The position numbers and the translations under genes were made by a program. Under the pieces are notes generated by a model. It had not been told where the DNA came from, made no database searches, and saw only the letters and a list, made by a program, of their open reading frames with translations. This document shows, one piece after another, positions 24,871-39,897 of a DNA stretch of 64,000 bases. Position 1 is the stretch's first letter, and the number at the start of each line of letters is the position of its first letter. The DNA is from Felis catus (lineage: Eukaryota), in the NCBI RefSeq assembly GCF_018350175.1, contig NC_058368.1:88786001-88850000 (forward strand), given 5' to 3'.

Positions 24871-26700
24871 TGTTAGTGTGTTTAATTGGATGCTCCATTT
24901 CTCCAGGGCTCTTGTTATTTTTTCCTCATTCTTTTTTTTCTTTCTGCTCTCAGATTGGATGATCCTTACTAATCTAGCTTCATGGTTACTGATTTGTTCT
25001 TCTCTCCACTCCTGTATACTCTTGAGCCCTTCAAGCTCATTTTGTAATTTGGTCATTAGACTTCTGAACTCCAGAATTTCCTTTTGGTTCATTTTATAAC
25101 TTTTATTTTTCATTAATATTCTCTAATAGATGAGACGTTAGCATCATACCTTCCTCTAATTCTTTAAGCATGGATTCCTTTAGTTCTCTGAACATATTTA
25201 TAATAGCTACTGTCTGCTAAGTACAACATTCAGGCTCCACTAAAGGTGGTTTCTGTTGCTTACTCTTTTAAATCCTGAGTGTAGGTTACACCTTCTTGTT
25301 TATTTGCTTGTCTCATAATTCACTGTTTTTTTTTTTTTGTTGTTCAAAACTGGATATTTTGGTAATATATTGTAGAAACTCTGATACTGTCACCCCACCT
25401 GCAGGGCTGTCATTGTTGTTTGCTTACTTGTTTACTTTGGGGGTACATGACTGAACTAGTTGAGTGAAAACTATTTTTCCCCAAATGTGCCACCTCTGAT
25501 GTTGCTTCTCAGAGAGTGCAACTGTGGCCCTGTACACAGGTACCCTAACTTCTACTCCACTGGCTTGACAATGGTTTTACTTTGACTGTCTCTTTCCGTG
25601 AATTCCCTCTTAAGCTACTGGCTCTGTCTGCCTATATTGATATCAGACCCAGCAGCTAGTCTGCGCTCATTTCTAGCTGATTGCTCTATTGTTTTTGGCA
25701 ACCCGCTGATAAATAAATGACTCTGAAGTCCGACCCAATCCTGTCTGAACAAAAAATCGTCTGACTCCTGTTTGTAGAAGAGTCTTTGAGGCTAAACCTT
25801 AAGGCTTCCTTCAGTCCCAGGAGAGCCCTTCTTTGCTACTTCTTCTTCAGTCATTTCTGTTAACTGTCTAGCTGTTTTGTCTTTTCTCTTACTGCTGTTA
25901 CAGAGTCACAAGCCCCCTACTAACTGCTCACTGTCAAAATCTCCATTGTTTTGTATCATGCCCTTAAATTTGAACTTCTCCACACTCTGTTCCATATGAA
26001 GTGTGTCTTCTAGGGAGAACTGTGGAGAGTTTGTACGTATGACCTTCTTCTTCCCCCTGGGAAGAACATGGATGCTAGTGTTCCAGAGGTGGGGTGAGGA
26101 CAGCAACCCATTTCACTTACAGGGGCATCCATGTTTTATGAACAGAGGTCTAGGCAAAGAAAGCCTCTGGTCTTCTTGGCTTTCTTCTCTTATCATGTAA
26201 CCTTTGCTATACACATGAAATGGGTCAAGAATGATTAGGACCCAGTATTTGCAGCCTCTCATGCCTAGTAAAGAACTTCCTATGACAAAGGACTGGGGGA
26301 GAAAGAGGACCCTTAACTTCTGTGCCATTTTTGGCTGGAATAGAGCTTCTGCAACATGGAGCTGGGAGAGACAGGGATGAGAAATACTGGTAGCCTGCCC
26401 CTCTTGGGGAGATACCCTAACACTAGACTTGGAGCTGTAGTGAAAGAGCAACCCATCCTCTTAGCTTCACATGCTTAGAGCTTCCATCATTCTGACCTGG
26501 GGAGATAAAGGGAGCAAGTCGTGGCTCAAATTTACTCTCTCTGTTCTTCCTGCCAAGATTTAGCTTTTGTTGAATAAATATTTCTCCACTTACTGAATGG
26601 CTTTGGAGGATTTAAAAGGTGTTTTTAGCTTTTCATGTTATTTTAGTTTACTGGGGAGAGGATCTACAGGGCTCCTCACATCACTATTCTAGAAGTGCTT
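24871..26700 (-). mobile_element. Ancient L1M ORF1 and 5' region
   Basis: ORF 24814..25113 (NQKEILEFRSLMTKLQNELEGLKS..EEQISNHEARL..IIQSE) is an L1 ORF1 coiled coil. Confidence 0.75.
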
Positions 26701-29005
26701 CTGACCTGGTATTATTTTGTATAGATGTTATCACTATTTATACATCCTTACATTTAAATACTTTTTCTATCTCTGATTATTGTTCAAAAAGCTTTTATCA
26801 TAACAGAGCGTGTGTCATCATTTGTAATCTATTATGATCATCATTCATGTTGGGAGACCTTCTTTTCCAAGAGACGGTTCGTTGGCAGGTACTAAACATA
26901 GGCATAAACAGAGAATAGAGACCCAAGTCAGATGCTTAATTTTTCTAGCCCTAGTTTCTAGTCCTCTTCAAGATCATTGCTCTAGTCCAGGAAATGTTTC
27001 TATCTCTCTCTTTGCTGTATGGTGGGAAAACAGCTCTCATTTCATCAACCCATATCTTCCATACTCTGTTTTGGTTTTGTTCTGTTTTTAAATAAAAGCT
27101 GTGTTAAATCCACAAACCCTTGCTTAAACCTCTTAAACCCACAATGACTTGCTCTCTCAAAAATCACAAATGTTAGAAATCACAAAGGTTTTTATTTTCA
27201 ATAAATTGCCTTTTCAGTAAGTTTTCAATAACAAAGAATGTGGCTGCTTATTCCTGCCTACCCTGAAGGGCAAGGCATAACGAAAGCTGCCAGAATGGCC
27301 CAACCATTGACAGTAGGGCAGTCAATGAGCACACAAAACTTGGACAAAGACATGTCAAGTAACATTTCAAAATATTACCCTGCTATGACTTTAGAATTGC
27401 TCAGCAAATCACATGATCTTTTTGTTGGCGAGGGCTACTGTGGGATGGTAGGGTTCCTTTTTTCTGTAAAAGCCAAATGTAATTGAGAAGAGAATGAGGA
27501 ATAAAGGAATGAGTTACTTTGTTTTCATATGTTTTCTTTTAAAGTAGTGATTTGTGCAACCTGTTTTTCCTTAGTTCTTTTCAGAGTTTCCATTCCTGGA
27601 TGACTGGTCCAGAGTTCCCTCAATGTCTTGGCCATGCCATGTTCATCTTCTGTGCATTTGTAGCTGCTGTGGTTTCTTCATCCCGTCTGCATGGGCTTTC
27701 GTTGAGCATTGGCATTCCCTGCTTTTCTAAGTGAGTTCCACTTGATTGTTTCATGCCTCATTTTTTAGTATGTCTGAAAGTCTGCACCACCAGAGCAGAA
27801 AGGGCAACATTTCACTGCAAGGGAAGCTAAGCACTCATTATAAACTATTTTTATTTATTAGAAAACAAAAGAGAAAATTTTCTAAGAAGATAAAATAAAA
27901 TGAGAAAGCTGCCAAAATTGTTAATCATCCCTTCTCCAGATCAAAGCACCCAAGAGTTCAAAAACCAGGGGAAAAGCTTGAGGATCATGAAATCTAGTGT
28001 GGGAGGATAATATTTTCATATCTTCCCTGATTCATTTCTCCTGAAATTTCCAACTTTCTTTTTTTATCTTAGCCATTTTTTTCTCTGCTCAGTGAATCAA
28101 GGAAAGGATTTAACAATAGAAATCAGGGTCAAATGGATTGTCTCCTCCTGACTTCTGATTTTCAAAAACCTGGATCCTTGTTGAAATAGAAATGGCTCCA
28201 GGCATAGACAAAGTATTTTTGGATAATACTTTAGTAAGAGCAAAACATTCTTGCTGCCCACTAAGAAAAACAAGAGACAGAAAAGAAATCAACAGTAGAG
28301 GGTCCCCTAGGTAAGATCGCTGTGCCACCCTGCATGGGTTGTTTACTAGAAAGGTTGAGGGAAGGGTAGAAAATCCCCAAGTAGGTTTATGTCTCAATTC
28401 TCAGGTAGATCTTACAGAGACAGCATGCTACAAGAATACAAATGTTCTGTTGTATAAAGGTCTTCTACCTTTCCACTAAGTTTCCCATACCTTAACGTTA
28501 TGTTGTAGAAGCAACAGAATCCTCTCTCTCCAATGTGCCCAATGTGCAGGTAAGGAAGGTGAGTAGCAAGAAAGAGAGCTCTCAGATATGAACAGATGAT
28601 GTATGTGAAATTGACTTATGTGACCTTGGGAACCTGTGTGGACAAACAGCCCAACCCCAAATAGGATGGTGGATGTCTCTGCAGATTATCACTATGGATT
28701 AAAGACACAAAGGTTTAGATGTTTGTGGTTTTGCACATTGGCTTCATTGTCCAAGAAGATTGCTCTAACGAACTATCACACTAAATTTCTAGCCAGTAGG
28801 AAAAGGTCTTCTTTATGTGTTAAGTTCTACATATAGCATTTCCTTATATCTCATTGGCCAAAGAAGCTGAAAAAAAGAGACTAGGGAATGCAGTGTTTGG
28901 CTGGTTCTTATTAAAGAGTTCTCTTTCTGTGCACCTCTCTTTTTTCTGCTACTCTTTGCTGGGACCTCTAGCGATCTTCCTCCAGACTCTCAACACCAAG
29001 TTTTC

Positions 29006-29218
29006 TTATTTTTTTTTTAACGTTTATTTATTTTTGAGACAGAGAGAGACAGAGCATGAATGGGGGAGGGTCAGAGAGAGGAGACACAGAATCCAAAGCA
29101 GGCTCCAGGCTCTGAGCTGTCAGCACAGAGCCCGACGCGGGGCTCGAACTCACGGACTGCGAGATCATGACCTGAGCCGAAGTCGGCCGCTCAACCGACT
29201 GACCCACCCAGGCGCCCC
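29006..29218 (-). mobile_element. Can-SINE
   Basis: Consensus; TSD ctcaacaccaa. Confidence 0.95.
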
Positions 29219-29749
29219 TCAACACCAACTTTTCAACTCAAGGAATTTCCTGGGTGCAACCTGGGTTTGCCCTCATGCATTACAACCTGGACTCTTTCTC
29301 AAGTCAGTGGGCTGGGGAAATTTTAGGGCTCACCTTTTTTGTTTCTCATTTTAAAGGATCACTTTCCTTCATTGCCTGATATCCAGGATCTCAAAACCAT
29401 TTGTTTCATATGTTTTATTTCCTTTTATTGTTTGTGTGTTTCTGATGGGAAAGGTTAATCAGGTCTCTGGTATTTTGTCTTGGCTAGAAGTGAAAGTTCC
29501 CTACCCTATTCACTCCCCTCACCCCCACTATTTATTATTATATCCCATCTCTTTCATCTATACGGTGCTTTGCAAATTATTTTGGTATTCTTTGCAGTTT
29601 GCTAGAATATAAAGTGAAGTTGGCATATACACATTACTTCTTGCCAGAGATAAAAGTGCTTTTGAATAGTGTCACTTCTAATTATGTCTCTCTGCCTGCA
29701 CAATTTGAGCCTGGAGAGATGGGGATTGGTTCAAGAAGAGGATGTATCT

Positions 29750-29955
29750 GGGGGCACCTGGGTGGCTCAGTCTATTAAGTGGCTGACTTCAGCTCAGATC
29801 ATGATCTCATGGTTCGAGGGTTCGAGTCCCATGTCAGGGCTCTGTGCTGACAGCTCAGAGCCTGAAGTCTGCTTTCGATTCTGTGTCTCCCTCTCCCTGC
29901 CCCTCCCCCACTCACGCTCTGATCCTCTGTCAAAAATACATAAAACATTAAAAAA
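29750..29955 (+). mobile_element. Can-SINE
   Basis: Consensus. Confidence 0.92.
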
Positions 29956-30056
29956 TTTTAATATAACAGAAGAAAATGTATCTGAAGTGAAAGATTATGA
30001 ACCTAGGGAAGCAGTAAGCAATGTCTCAAGCAAGGCTGTGTTATAGAGACAGCACA

Positions 30057-30178
30057 GGTGATGGGTATTCAGGAGGGCACCTGTTGGGATGAGCACTGGG
30101 TGTTGCATGGAAACCATTTTAACAATAAGTTTCATATTAAAAAAGAAAAAAAAAAGAAAAATAGAAAAGAAAAAGCAA
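30057..30178 (+). mobile_element. Severely 5'-truncated carnivore L1 3' tail
   Basis: gagggcacctgttgggatgagcactgggtgttg..aataag + polyA. Confidence 0.85.
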
Positions 30179-31721
30179 AGGTCATTTTAGAAAGGCCAAA
30201 GTGCATGATGAACAGGTTAGATTGGAGTACTCATGGGATAACACTCTTGTGGATTTTTTGCCTAATCAAAATTTGCAAAATGTCTTACAAAATGTTTAGT
30301 AATTAATGCATTATTAAAAAAAAACTACTAAATTTAAGGGATTGGCAGGCAGATTACTGAAATCTGGTCCCAGTTCTGCCATAAAATATTTTCAGGGTAG
30401 GTAATCTACCATTTCTAAACCTGTTTCCTTTTAAAGATTGTATATGGAAAGGAATAAACTACTTGATTTTTTCCATACTAAGTTTCTATGTTTTTGTGGA
30501 AGGTTTTCTGAAAGTAGGTAACCCTATTAAAGTTTCTACAGATGTCAGAGGGCCAGTTTATCCTGGAGCTTTCCCCTTTCCTAATCCTTACAATTTTTGC
30601 TTCACTCAGTTCTGCATATAAAACTTTCGTTGTAACCTCCAAGGTGTGCACATCTGCAAAATTAGAAGAATTACATCTTGGTGAGTATTTGGTTTGTTGC
30701 ACTTTCTCCCCTTCTACAACTCAAATTTTTTTTGCTAATAACAACAATAAAAAAGTGTCATGTAAAAGAATTAGTGCCCACACTAGAGATGAAAAGATTT
30801 CAGAATATAAATCGAGTTGAACATAGTGATGGGATATTTTCCATTGGCAAACTATTCTTTATAAATTTGGAGGGGGAGCAATGTGCCTGACTTTCAATCT
30901 TAAGGGTGCACAACAAGTTTTGTAGATATGAATTCTATTATTACTATATTGTTTCTAGCACATTTTACAAAAGCCAACTTAGGTTGCCAGAGTAAATAAA
31001 GAGAAGAAAAATAAAAAAAGATCAAATCACTCATCTGTAATTTTCCCCAATGTACTTAGCCTCCGTGATGACATCTTACCTAGATGCCACTGATAACACA
31101 GGAATTAGATTGAGCAATCAGGTAAACAGGTCCCTATAGAAATTTAATTAACAGAGAAAATAAAAAATAACTTTAAACATAAAACTCACAAATTTGAAAA
31201 ATTGAGTTGATAGTTCAATAATAAAAATAAGATCTAGTGAGGGCTGAGAAATTTTAGAAGAACTGGATAGAGAAAGAGAACATCTGTTTGTAGGCACCAG
31301 AATGTTAGGAAAAAGCAAAGATATATGGGCCAAATTCTGAACAGAAGGGAAAACATAGGCACAAGCTTGAAATTGGGCACAGCTTTTCTCCTGGGGCATT
31401 TGCTGATTCAAAACTTTTGAATTTTTTCAAAAATAATTCAGTCCTTGGCCTGAGAAGCCAAGGACTTCAAAAGACAGTAAGCACAGAAGCCAAGTGACGA
31501 GAGTTCCAGCAAAAAGCAACATCTAAGAAACTGACAAGCAGAGCATATCTCAGGTAATCTCATAGGGCTGGGGAAACAATGAAGTTTAAAGCTCAACAAG
31601 TAAAAAGGTACTTGGAGCAGGGGGATATCAGACTTTAAAAAAAGTGGTAATCCCAAGGGCCATACTGTAACTAGATCAGCCTTCACAAAGACAGAAGACT
31701 AGCTTTAAATGAGGTCAAACT

Positions 31722-31849
31722 GGGGTGCCTGGGTGGCTCAGTCGGTTGAGTGTCCAACTTCGGCTCAGGTCATGATCTCAAGGTTCCTGGGTTTGAGCCC
31801 CACATTGGGCTCTGTGCTGACAGCTCAGAGCCTGGAGCCTGCTTCAGAT

Positions 31850-31880
<31 letters not shown>

Positions 31881-31978
31881 GCCTCTCCCATGGTCATGCT
31901 CTGTCTCTCTCTGTGTCTCAAAAATAAATAAACATTAAAAAAATAATAAATAAATGAACAAATAAACAAATAAATAAA
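31722..31978 (+). mobile_element. Can-SINE
   Basis: Consensus with long A-rich tail. Confidence 0.93.
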
Positions 31979-32111
31979 ATTAAGCCTGGTATTCAAAAAA
32001 AAATAAAATAAAATAACTTGCCATACCAGGAAAAAAAAATGATCAAAAACTAAGGAAAATAACAACAGACACAGCAGGATGAGATATTGGATATACGGGA
32101 TATATTTGATA

Positions 32112-32481
32112 TTTTTTATTTAAATTCCAGTTAGTTAACAAACAGTATAGTATTGGTTTCAGGTGTAGAATGTAGTGATTCATCACTTCCATACAACACC
32201 CTGTGCTCATTACAAGTGGCCTCCTTAATACACATCACCTATTTAACCCATCCCCCCATCCACCTCCCTTCCAGTAACTATCAGTTTGTTCTCTGTAGTT
32301 AAGATTCTGTTTCTCAGTTTGCTTCTCTTTTTTCCCCCCTGCTATGTTCTTTTATTTTCTTAAACTTCATATATGAGTGAAATCATATGGTATTTGTCTT
32401 TCTCTGAACTGACTTATTTTGCTTGACATAATACTTACATTGCAAATGTAAGATTTCATTTTTATGGCTGAGTAATATTCC

Positions 32482-32527
<46 letters not shown>

Positions 32528-35500
32528 TAAATACTACACATTCTTTATCCATTCATCAGTTGATGGACAATTGGGCTCTTTCTGTAATTTGGCTATTGCT
32601 GATAATGCTACTGCTATAAACACTGGGGTATATGTATCCCTTCGTGTTAGTAACTTTGTATCCTTTGGGTAAATATCTGGTAGTGCAATTGCTGGATGGT
32701 AGGGTAGTTCTATTTTTTTAAATTTTTTTAATGTTTATTTATTATTGAGAGACAGAGCATGAACAGGGGAGGCACAGAGAGAGAGGGAGACACAGAACTG
32801 GAAGCAGGCTCCAGGCTCCGAGCTGTCCGCACGGACCCCGACGCAGGGCTCCAACTCAGGAGCTGTGGGATCATGACCTGAGCCAAAGTCGGACAACCAA
32901 CCCACGGAGCCACTCAGGCGCCCCAGGGTAGTTTTATTTTTAACTTTCTGAGGAACCTCCATACTGTTCTCCAGAGTGGCTACACCAGTTTGCACTCCCA
33001 CCAACAGTGTAAGAGGATTCCCCTTTCTCCATATCCTCACCAACACCTGTTGTTTCCTGTGTTTTAGCCATTCTGACTGGTGTCAGGTGTTACCTCACTG
33101 AAGTTTTTATTTGTATTTCCCTGATGATAAATGATGTTGAGCACCTTTTCATGTCTTCAATCTGTTCGAATTTATTTTCTCTATGATGTAAGAAAGTCAT
33201 CCAGTTTCATTCTTTTTCATGTTGCTGTGTAGTTTTCCCAACACCATTTGTTGAGAAGACTGTCTTTTCTCCATTGGATAGTCTTTCCTGCTTTGTAAAA
33301 GATTAACTGACCGTATAGTTGTGGGTTCATTTCTGGGTTTTCTATTCTGTTCCATTGATCTATGTGTCTGTTTTTGTGCCAGTACCGTACTATCTTGGTC
33401 ACTACAGTTTTGTAATATAGCTTGAAGTCTGGGATTGTGATGCCTCCAGATTTGCTTTTCTTTTTCAAGATTGCTTTGGCTAGTCTTTTGTGGTTCCATA
33501 CAAATTTTAGGATTGTTTGCTCTAGCTCTGTGAAAAATGGTGGTAGTATTTTGATAGGGATTGCATTAAATGTATAGATAGCTTTGGGTAATATAGACAT
33601 TTTAACAATGTTTGTTCTTCCAAATCATGGGCATGAAATATTTTTCCATTTCTTTGTGTCATCTTCAATTTCTTCTATCAGTGTCATATAGTTTTCAGAG
33701 TATAGATCTTTTACGTCTTTGGTTAGATACATTTCTAAGTATCTTATGGGTTTTGGTGTAATTGTAAATGGGGCTGATTCCTTGATTTCTCTTTCTGCTG
33801 CTTCATGATTGGTCTATAGAAATGCAAAAGATTCTGTACATTGATTTTGTATTCTACAACTTTACTGAATTCGTGTATCTGTTCTAGCAATTTTTGGTGG
33901 ATTCTTTTAGGCCTTCCATATAGAGTATTGTGTCATCTGAAAATAGTGAAAGTTTAAATTTTTCTTTGCCAGTTGGATGACTTTTATTTCTTTTTGTTGT
34001 CTGATTGCTGTGGCTAGGATTTCCAGTATTATGTTAAATAACAGTGGTAAGAGTGGACCTCTTGTCACATTCCTGACCATTAGGGAAAAGCTTTCAGTTT
34101 TTTCTCCATTAATAATATTATCTGTGGGTTTTTCACTTATGGCCTTTATTAAGTTTTTTTCCCCTCTAACCTTATTCCTTATTTTGTTAAGTTTTTTTTT
34201 TTTTAATCATGGATAGGTGTTGTACTTTGTCAAGTGCTTTTTCTGCATCTGTTGAAAGGATCATATAGTTCTTATGCTTTCTTTTATTAATGTGATATAT
34301 CACATTGATTGACTTGTAAATATTGAACCACTCTTGCAGACCAAGAATATATCCCACTTGATCATGGTGAATGACTCTTTCAATGGATTGTTGGATTCAG
34401 TTTGTGAGTATTTTATTGAGAATTTTTTTTTTATCCATGTTCATCAAGTATATTGGCCTGTAGTTCTCTTTTTTAGTGCTTTGTCTGGTTTTGTTAACAG
34501 AGTGATACTGGCCTTGTAGAATGAATTTGGAAGTTTTCTTTCTTTTATTTTTTGGAAAAGTTTAAAAAGAATATATATTAACTCTTCTTTAAATGTTTGG
34601 TAGAATTCACCCATGAAGCCATATGACCTTGAACTTCTGTTTCTTGGGAGATTTTGGATAACTGATTCAATCTCTTTGCTGGGTATCAGTATGTTCAAGT
34701 TTTCTATTTCTTCCTGTTTCAGTTTTTGTAGTTTATATGTTTCTAGAAATTTAGCCATTTTATCCAGTCTGTCCATTTTGCTGGCATATACTTTTTCATG
34801 ATATTATCTAATAATTGTTTCTATTTCTGTGGTGTTAATTGTTATTTCCCCTCTCCCATTTGTGATTTTATTTATTTGGGTCCTTTCTCTTTTCTTTTTG
34901 ATAAGTCTGGTGATGAGTCTATAAATTTTATTATTTTTTTCTAAGAAGCAGCTCCCGGTTTCATTGATCTGTTCTATTATTATTATTATTATTATTTTAG
35001 TTTCTGTATCATTTATTTCTGCTCTAATCTTTATTATTTCCTTTATTCTGTTGGCACAAGGCTTCATTTGTTGTTCTTTTTCTAGTTCCTTCAAGTGTAA
35101 GGTTAGGTGTTTAGGTTGTTTATTTGAGATTTTTCTTGCTTCTTGAGGTAGGCCTCTATTGTTATATACTTCCCTTTTATGACTACTTTTGCTGCATCCC
35201 AAAGGTTTTGGACTGTCATGTTTTCATTTTCATTTGTTTCCATGTATTTTTAAATTTCTTCTTTGATTTTCTGGTTGACCCATTCATTGTTTAGTAGTAT
35301 GTTGTTTAACCTCCATGTATTTGTGGTGTTTCCAAATTTTCTTTAGTTGACTTCAAGTTTCATAGCATTGTGGTCAGAAAATATGCATGGTATAATCTCA
35401 ATCTTTGTGTACTTGTTGAGGCCTGATTTGTGATGTAGTATGTCATCTATTCTGGAGAATGACTTGTGTGTCCCTGAAAAGGGTGTGTATACTGCTGCTT

Positions 35501-37490
35501 TAGAATGAAATATTTCTAATGTATCTGTTAAGTCCATCTGGTCTGGTGTGTCATTCAAAGCCATTGTTTCCTTGTTGATTTTCTGCTTAGATGATCTGTC
35601 CATTGATACAAGTGGGGAGTTATAGTTCCGTTTTATTATTTTATTATTAACAATGAATTCCTTTATGTTTGTTATTATTTGTTTTATATATTTGAGTGTT
35701 CCCATGTTGGACATAAATATTTACTTAGAATTGTTAGATATTCTTGGTGGATAGACCCCTTTATTATGATACAGTGCTCTTCTTTATCTCTTATTACACC
35801 CTTTGGTTTAAAATCTAGTTTGACTGATATAAGTTTTGCTACCCTGGCTTTCTTTTGATGTTCATTAGCATGATAGATTGTTCTCTATCCTCTCACTTTG
35901 AATTTGCAGGTGTCTTTAGGTCTAAAATGAGTCTGTTATCAGCAGCATATAGATGGGTCTTATTTATTCATCCCTTCTGATACCCTATGTCTTTTGATTG
36001 GAGCATTCAGTCCATTTACATTCAGAGTAATTATTGATAGATATGTATTCAGTGCCACTTTATTATTTGCTTTATCATTGTTTCTGGAGATTTTCTCTGT
36101 TCCTTTCTAGTTTTGTCACTTTTGGTCTTTCCTCTCCACTCAGAGAGTCCCCTTTAATATTTCTTGCAGAGTTGCTTTAGTGGTCACAAACTCCTTTAGT
36201 TTTTGTTTGCCTTGGAAATTCTTTATCTCTCCTTCTATTCTGAATTATAGCCTTTCTGGATAGAGTATTCTTAACTGCATATTTCTCCCTTAGCATATTG
36301 AATATATTATGCCACTCCCTTGTGGCTTGTCAAGTTTCTGTTGAGAGATCTGAAGCTAGCCTCATGAGCCTCCCTTTGTAAGTTAAGGACTTCTTTTGTC
36401 TTGCTACTTTTAGAATTTTTTTTTATTGTTATATTTTGCAAATTTAATTATAATATTTTCTTTGTGTTGCCTGCTTTTGTTGATTTTGATGGAATTGCTC
36501 TGTGCCTCCTGGATCTGATATCTGTTTCCTTCCCCAGATCACAGAAGTTTTCAGCTATGATTTCCTCTAAGAAATTTTCTGCTCCCTTTTCTCTCTTCTT
36601 CTTCTGGGACTTCTATGATACAAATATTATTACGTTAGATGGAGTCAAATGTGATGGAGATCACTTGTGATCCATAATTCTTCTCTCTCTCTTTTTTTCA
36701 GCTTCATTATTTTCCATTATTTTATCTTCTATATTTCTTATTCATTCCTTTGCTTCTCCCATCCTTGTGGGCATTACATTCAGTTAGTTTTGAATCTCAG
36801 TTATTGCATTTTTCATTTCTGATTGTTCTTTAACTCTTTTATTTCTGCACTAAGGGCCTCCCTGAGGTCTTCCCTGCTTTTCTCAAGCCCAGCAAGTATC
36901 CTTATGATTGTTGCTTTAAATTCTCCATCAGGCATATTAGTTATACCTGTTTTGGTTAGATCTCTGGCCATGACCTTATCTTGTTCTTTCTTTTGGGATG
37001 AATTCCTGACATTTTGTCCTGGCATTTTGTCCAAGTCGCTATCTTATTCTGTGTTTCAGAAAAGCTTGTTTTATTTCCTGCTCCTGGGAGTAATGGTTTT
37101 ATGAAGAAGAGGTCATAAAGTGTCCAGGACCTAGTGCTTCAGGGAGTGTCTCTTATGTGTGCCGCATGAGCTCTACTGCTATGTTTTGGCTGCTCTATCC
37201 TTTGGGCCAGTTGTCTTTAGAAGGTCTTGCCTGCAGTGGACAGTGTTTGGTCCTTGGCCAGTGTGGCAAGGTTTTACTAGGTGTTCTCTTGTCTGCTTGT
37301 TACATGAGACCAGATGCTACTTCCACTAGAACTGAAGCCTTGCAGAACTCTCTGGCCTGGAGTTGTGGTTATGTATGTGGGTTTCTACTGGTCTTCTGGG
37401 GAAGGGACATGCCTGTGCTGGTCTTTAGGCACACTTGCCTGAGAAAAGTGGTATTGGCAGAACGTGTGGTGGCAGGACTTGGTGAAGGTG
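32112..37490 (-). mobile_element. Near full-length decayed carnivore LINE-1 (partial 5'UTR, ORF1, ORF2, 3'UTR)
   Basis: ORF1 36813..37034 (NMPDGEFKATIIRILAGLEKS). ORF2 pieces 35343..35714 (EN), 34444..35202, and 33217..33600 ([33 protein letters not shown]). 3' UTR at 32112-32400. Confidence 0.95.
32713..32924 (-). mobile_element. Can-SINE inside L1
   Basis: Consensus; TSD agggtagtt(c/t)tattttt. Confidence 0.93.
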
Positions 37491-38815
37491 CAGAACAACA
37501 CAGGTATTCACGTTCATGGCTGGTGGGAATACAAAATGTTACTGCTGCTTTGCAAGATGTTTAGCAGTTTTGTTTTGTTTTGTTTTGTTTTTTTGTTTTT
37601 ACCAAACTAAATGATTTCACCATATGATCTAGTAATTGTGCTTCTTGGAATTTACCCAAAGAAGTTGAAAAGTAATGTCCATATAAAAATATGCATATGG
37701 ATGTTTATAGCAGCTTTTTTTCATGATTACCAAAGCTTGGAATCAACCAAGATGTTTTTTTTTAAGTAGGTGAATGGATAAACAGTGGTATATCCATACA
37801 AAGGAATAGTATTCAGCAATAAAAAGAAAAGCTATCAAGCCATGAAAAGAGATGGAAGAAGCTTCAGTGCATATTGCTAAGTGAAAATTGCCATCTTCAA
37901 AGGCTACATCTTGCATGATTCCAACAATATGAAGTTCAAGAAAGGTAAAACTATAGAGATAGAAAAAAGATCAGTGGTTGCCAAAGGTTGGGGGAGGGAG
38001 AAAGAGATCAATAAGTGGAGCAGAGAGGGTCCTCTAGAGCAGTAAATCTACTGTAAGGGTGGATACGTGTCATTACACATTTGTCTGAAACTGTGTAATG
38101 TACAAAACAAGTGAAAACTCTAAAGTAAACTATGGACTTTAGTTAACAATAATGTATTAATACTGATTCATTAACTGTAACAAATGTTGTATACTAATGT
38201 AAGATGTTAATAAAGGTTAAACTAGGCAGAGAGGTGAGGGGTTTTGTGAGGCCTCTGTACTGTCTGCTTAATTTTTCTGTAAACCAAAAATCAGTAAAAA
38301 AAAGCCTATTAATTTAAAAATTTTGCTAGACTTGCACACAAAACTTTGCACCCAAATATAGCCATAGCAGGAGTATTCTTAATAGCCAAAAAGTGGAAAT
38401 AATGCAAATGTCCATTAATTGATGAATGGATAAATAAGATATGATATATTCATACTATGGAATATTATTCAGCCATAAAAAGAAATGAAGTGCTGATATA
38501 TGCTACAATGTGAATGAACCTTGAAAACATGCTATAAAAGAAGCTAGTTACAAAAATCTACATATTGTATGATTCCATCTGTATGGAATGTACAGAAGAG
38601 GTAAATCTGTAGAGACAGACAGTATATTAGTGGTTTTCTAGAATTGGGGAAAATGGGGAGTGAGTGACTACTAATAGGTTTCATTTTATTTTGGAGGAGG
38701 AAGGGAATAAAAATGTGGTAAAATTGACTGTGGCAATAGATACACAACACAATTTAAATTGTACATTTTAAATTGTATGGAAAGTAAATTGTATCTCAAT
38801 GAAGTTATTTTCAAA
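37490..38815 (+). mobile_element. Two tandem ancient L1MC/L1MB 3'-end fragments
   Basis: ggatgtttatagcagct..aaagtaaactatggacttta; second tail gaatattattcagccataaaaagaaatgaag..tatctcaat. Confidence 0.8.
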
Positions 38816-38819
38816 AAAC

Positions 38820-39029
38820 TTTTTAATATTTATTTATTTTTTGAGAGAGAGAGAGGCAAGTGTGAGCAGAGGAGGGAAAGAGACAGAGGGAGATACAGAA
38901 TCCAAAGCAGGCTCCAGGCTCTGAGCTGTCAGCACAGAGCCCGATGTGGGGCTCAAGCTCATGAACTGTGAGATCATAACCTGAGCTGAAATTGGATGGT
39001 CAACTGGCTCAGTTAGCTTCAGGCATCCC
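38820..39029 (-). mobile_element. Can-SINE
   Basis: Reverse consensus. Confidence 0.92.
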
Positions 39030-39897
39030 ATGAAGGTATTATTTAAAAACTATGATTCCTGTATTCAAGAAAATTCATGGACAACATATACAATTTTAGC
39101 AAAATTATCTTTGAAAAGCAACCAAAGGAAAATTCTAGAATTAAAAAAGGAACAGCTGAAATTAAGTACTCAGTTGATTGATTTAATATTACATTAGTCA
39201 AACATAAGAAAGGATTAATAAGCTCAATTAAAAAAATAACCAGACTAAAATTTGGAGGAAAAATTATATAAAATGGAGAGCTAAGCATATAAGACATATG
39301 GAGTATGTATGAAATACTTTGACTTATCAGGTCCAAGTTATAGGGGTAGGAAAAGGACATGCAACCTACTTGAATCACAGGGATTTCACCAAAGGAAAAA
39401 TGAGGTTCTGGTGCTAGAAGTGGAAGGAATAAATTACAAAGAAAAAAAATGGTAAACTGTAATCTAGATATACTAGTAAATACGTTAGGCTCCCTGGGAT
39501 TGTAACCTTGTGCAAACAATAAGAAAATGATGTGACACGTGATATAGAGTACTTGAAATTGTTAAAGAAAAATGTCTGGGCAAGAAAGACTTTATTTAAT
39601 GTTTTGGAGTCCATATATAAGTGATGCCACGTAGCATTTGTCTTTCTTTATCTGGCTTATTTCACTTAACATAACACCTTCCAGTTGCATCCATGTTGTT
39701 GAAAATGATAGGATTTCCTGCTCTTCTCAGGTTGAATAATAGTCCATTACATATCTATATATTGTCTTTTCTTTATCTTTTCATCTATCCATGGACACCT
39801 AGGTTGTTTTCATACCTTGGCTATTGTGAATAATGTTGCAATGAATGTGGGAGTACAGATAACTCTTCAAATAATGATTATGTTTCCTTTGAATATG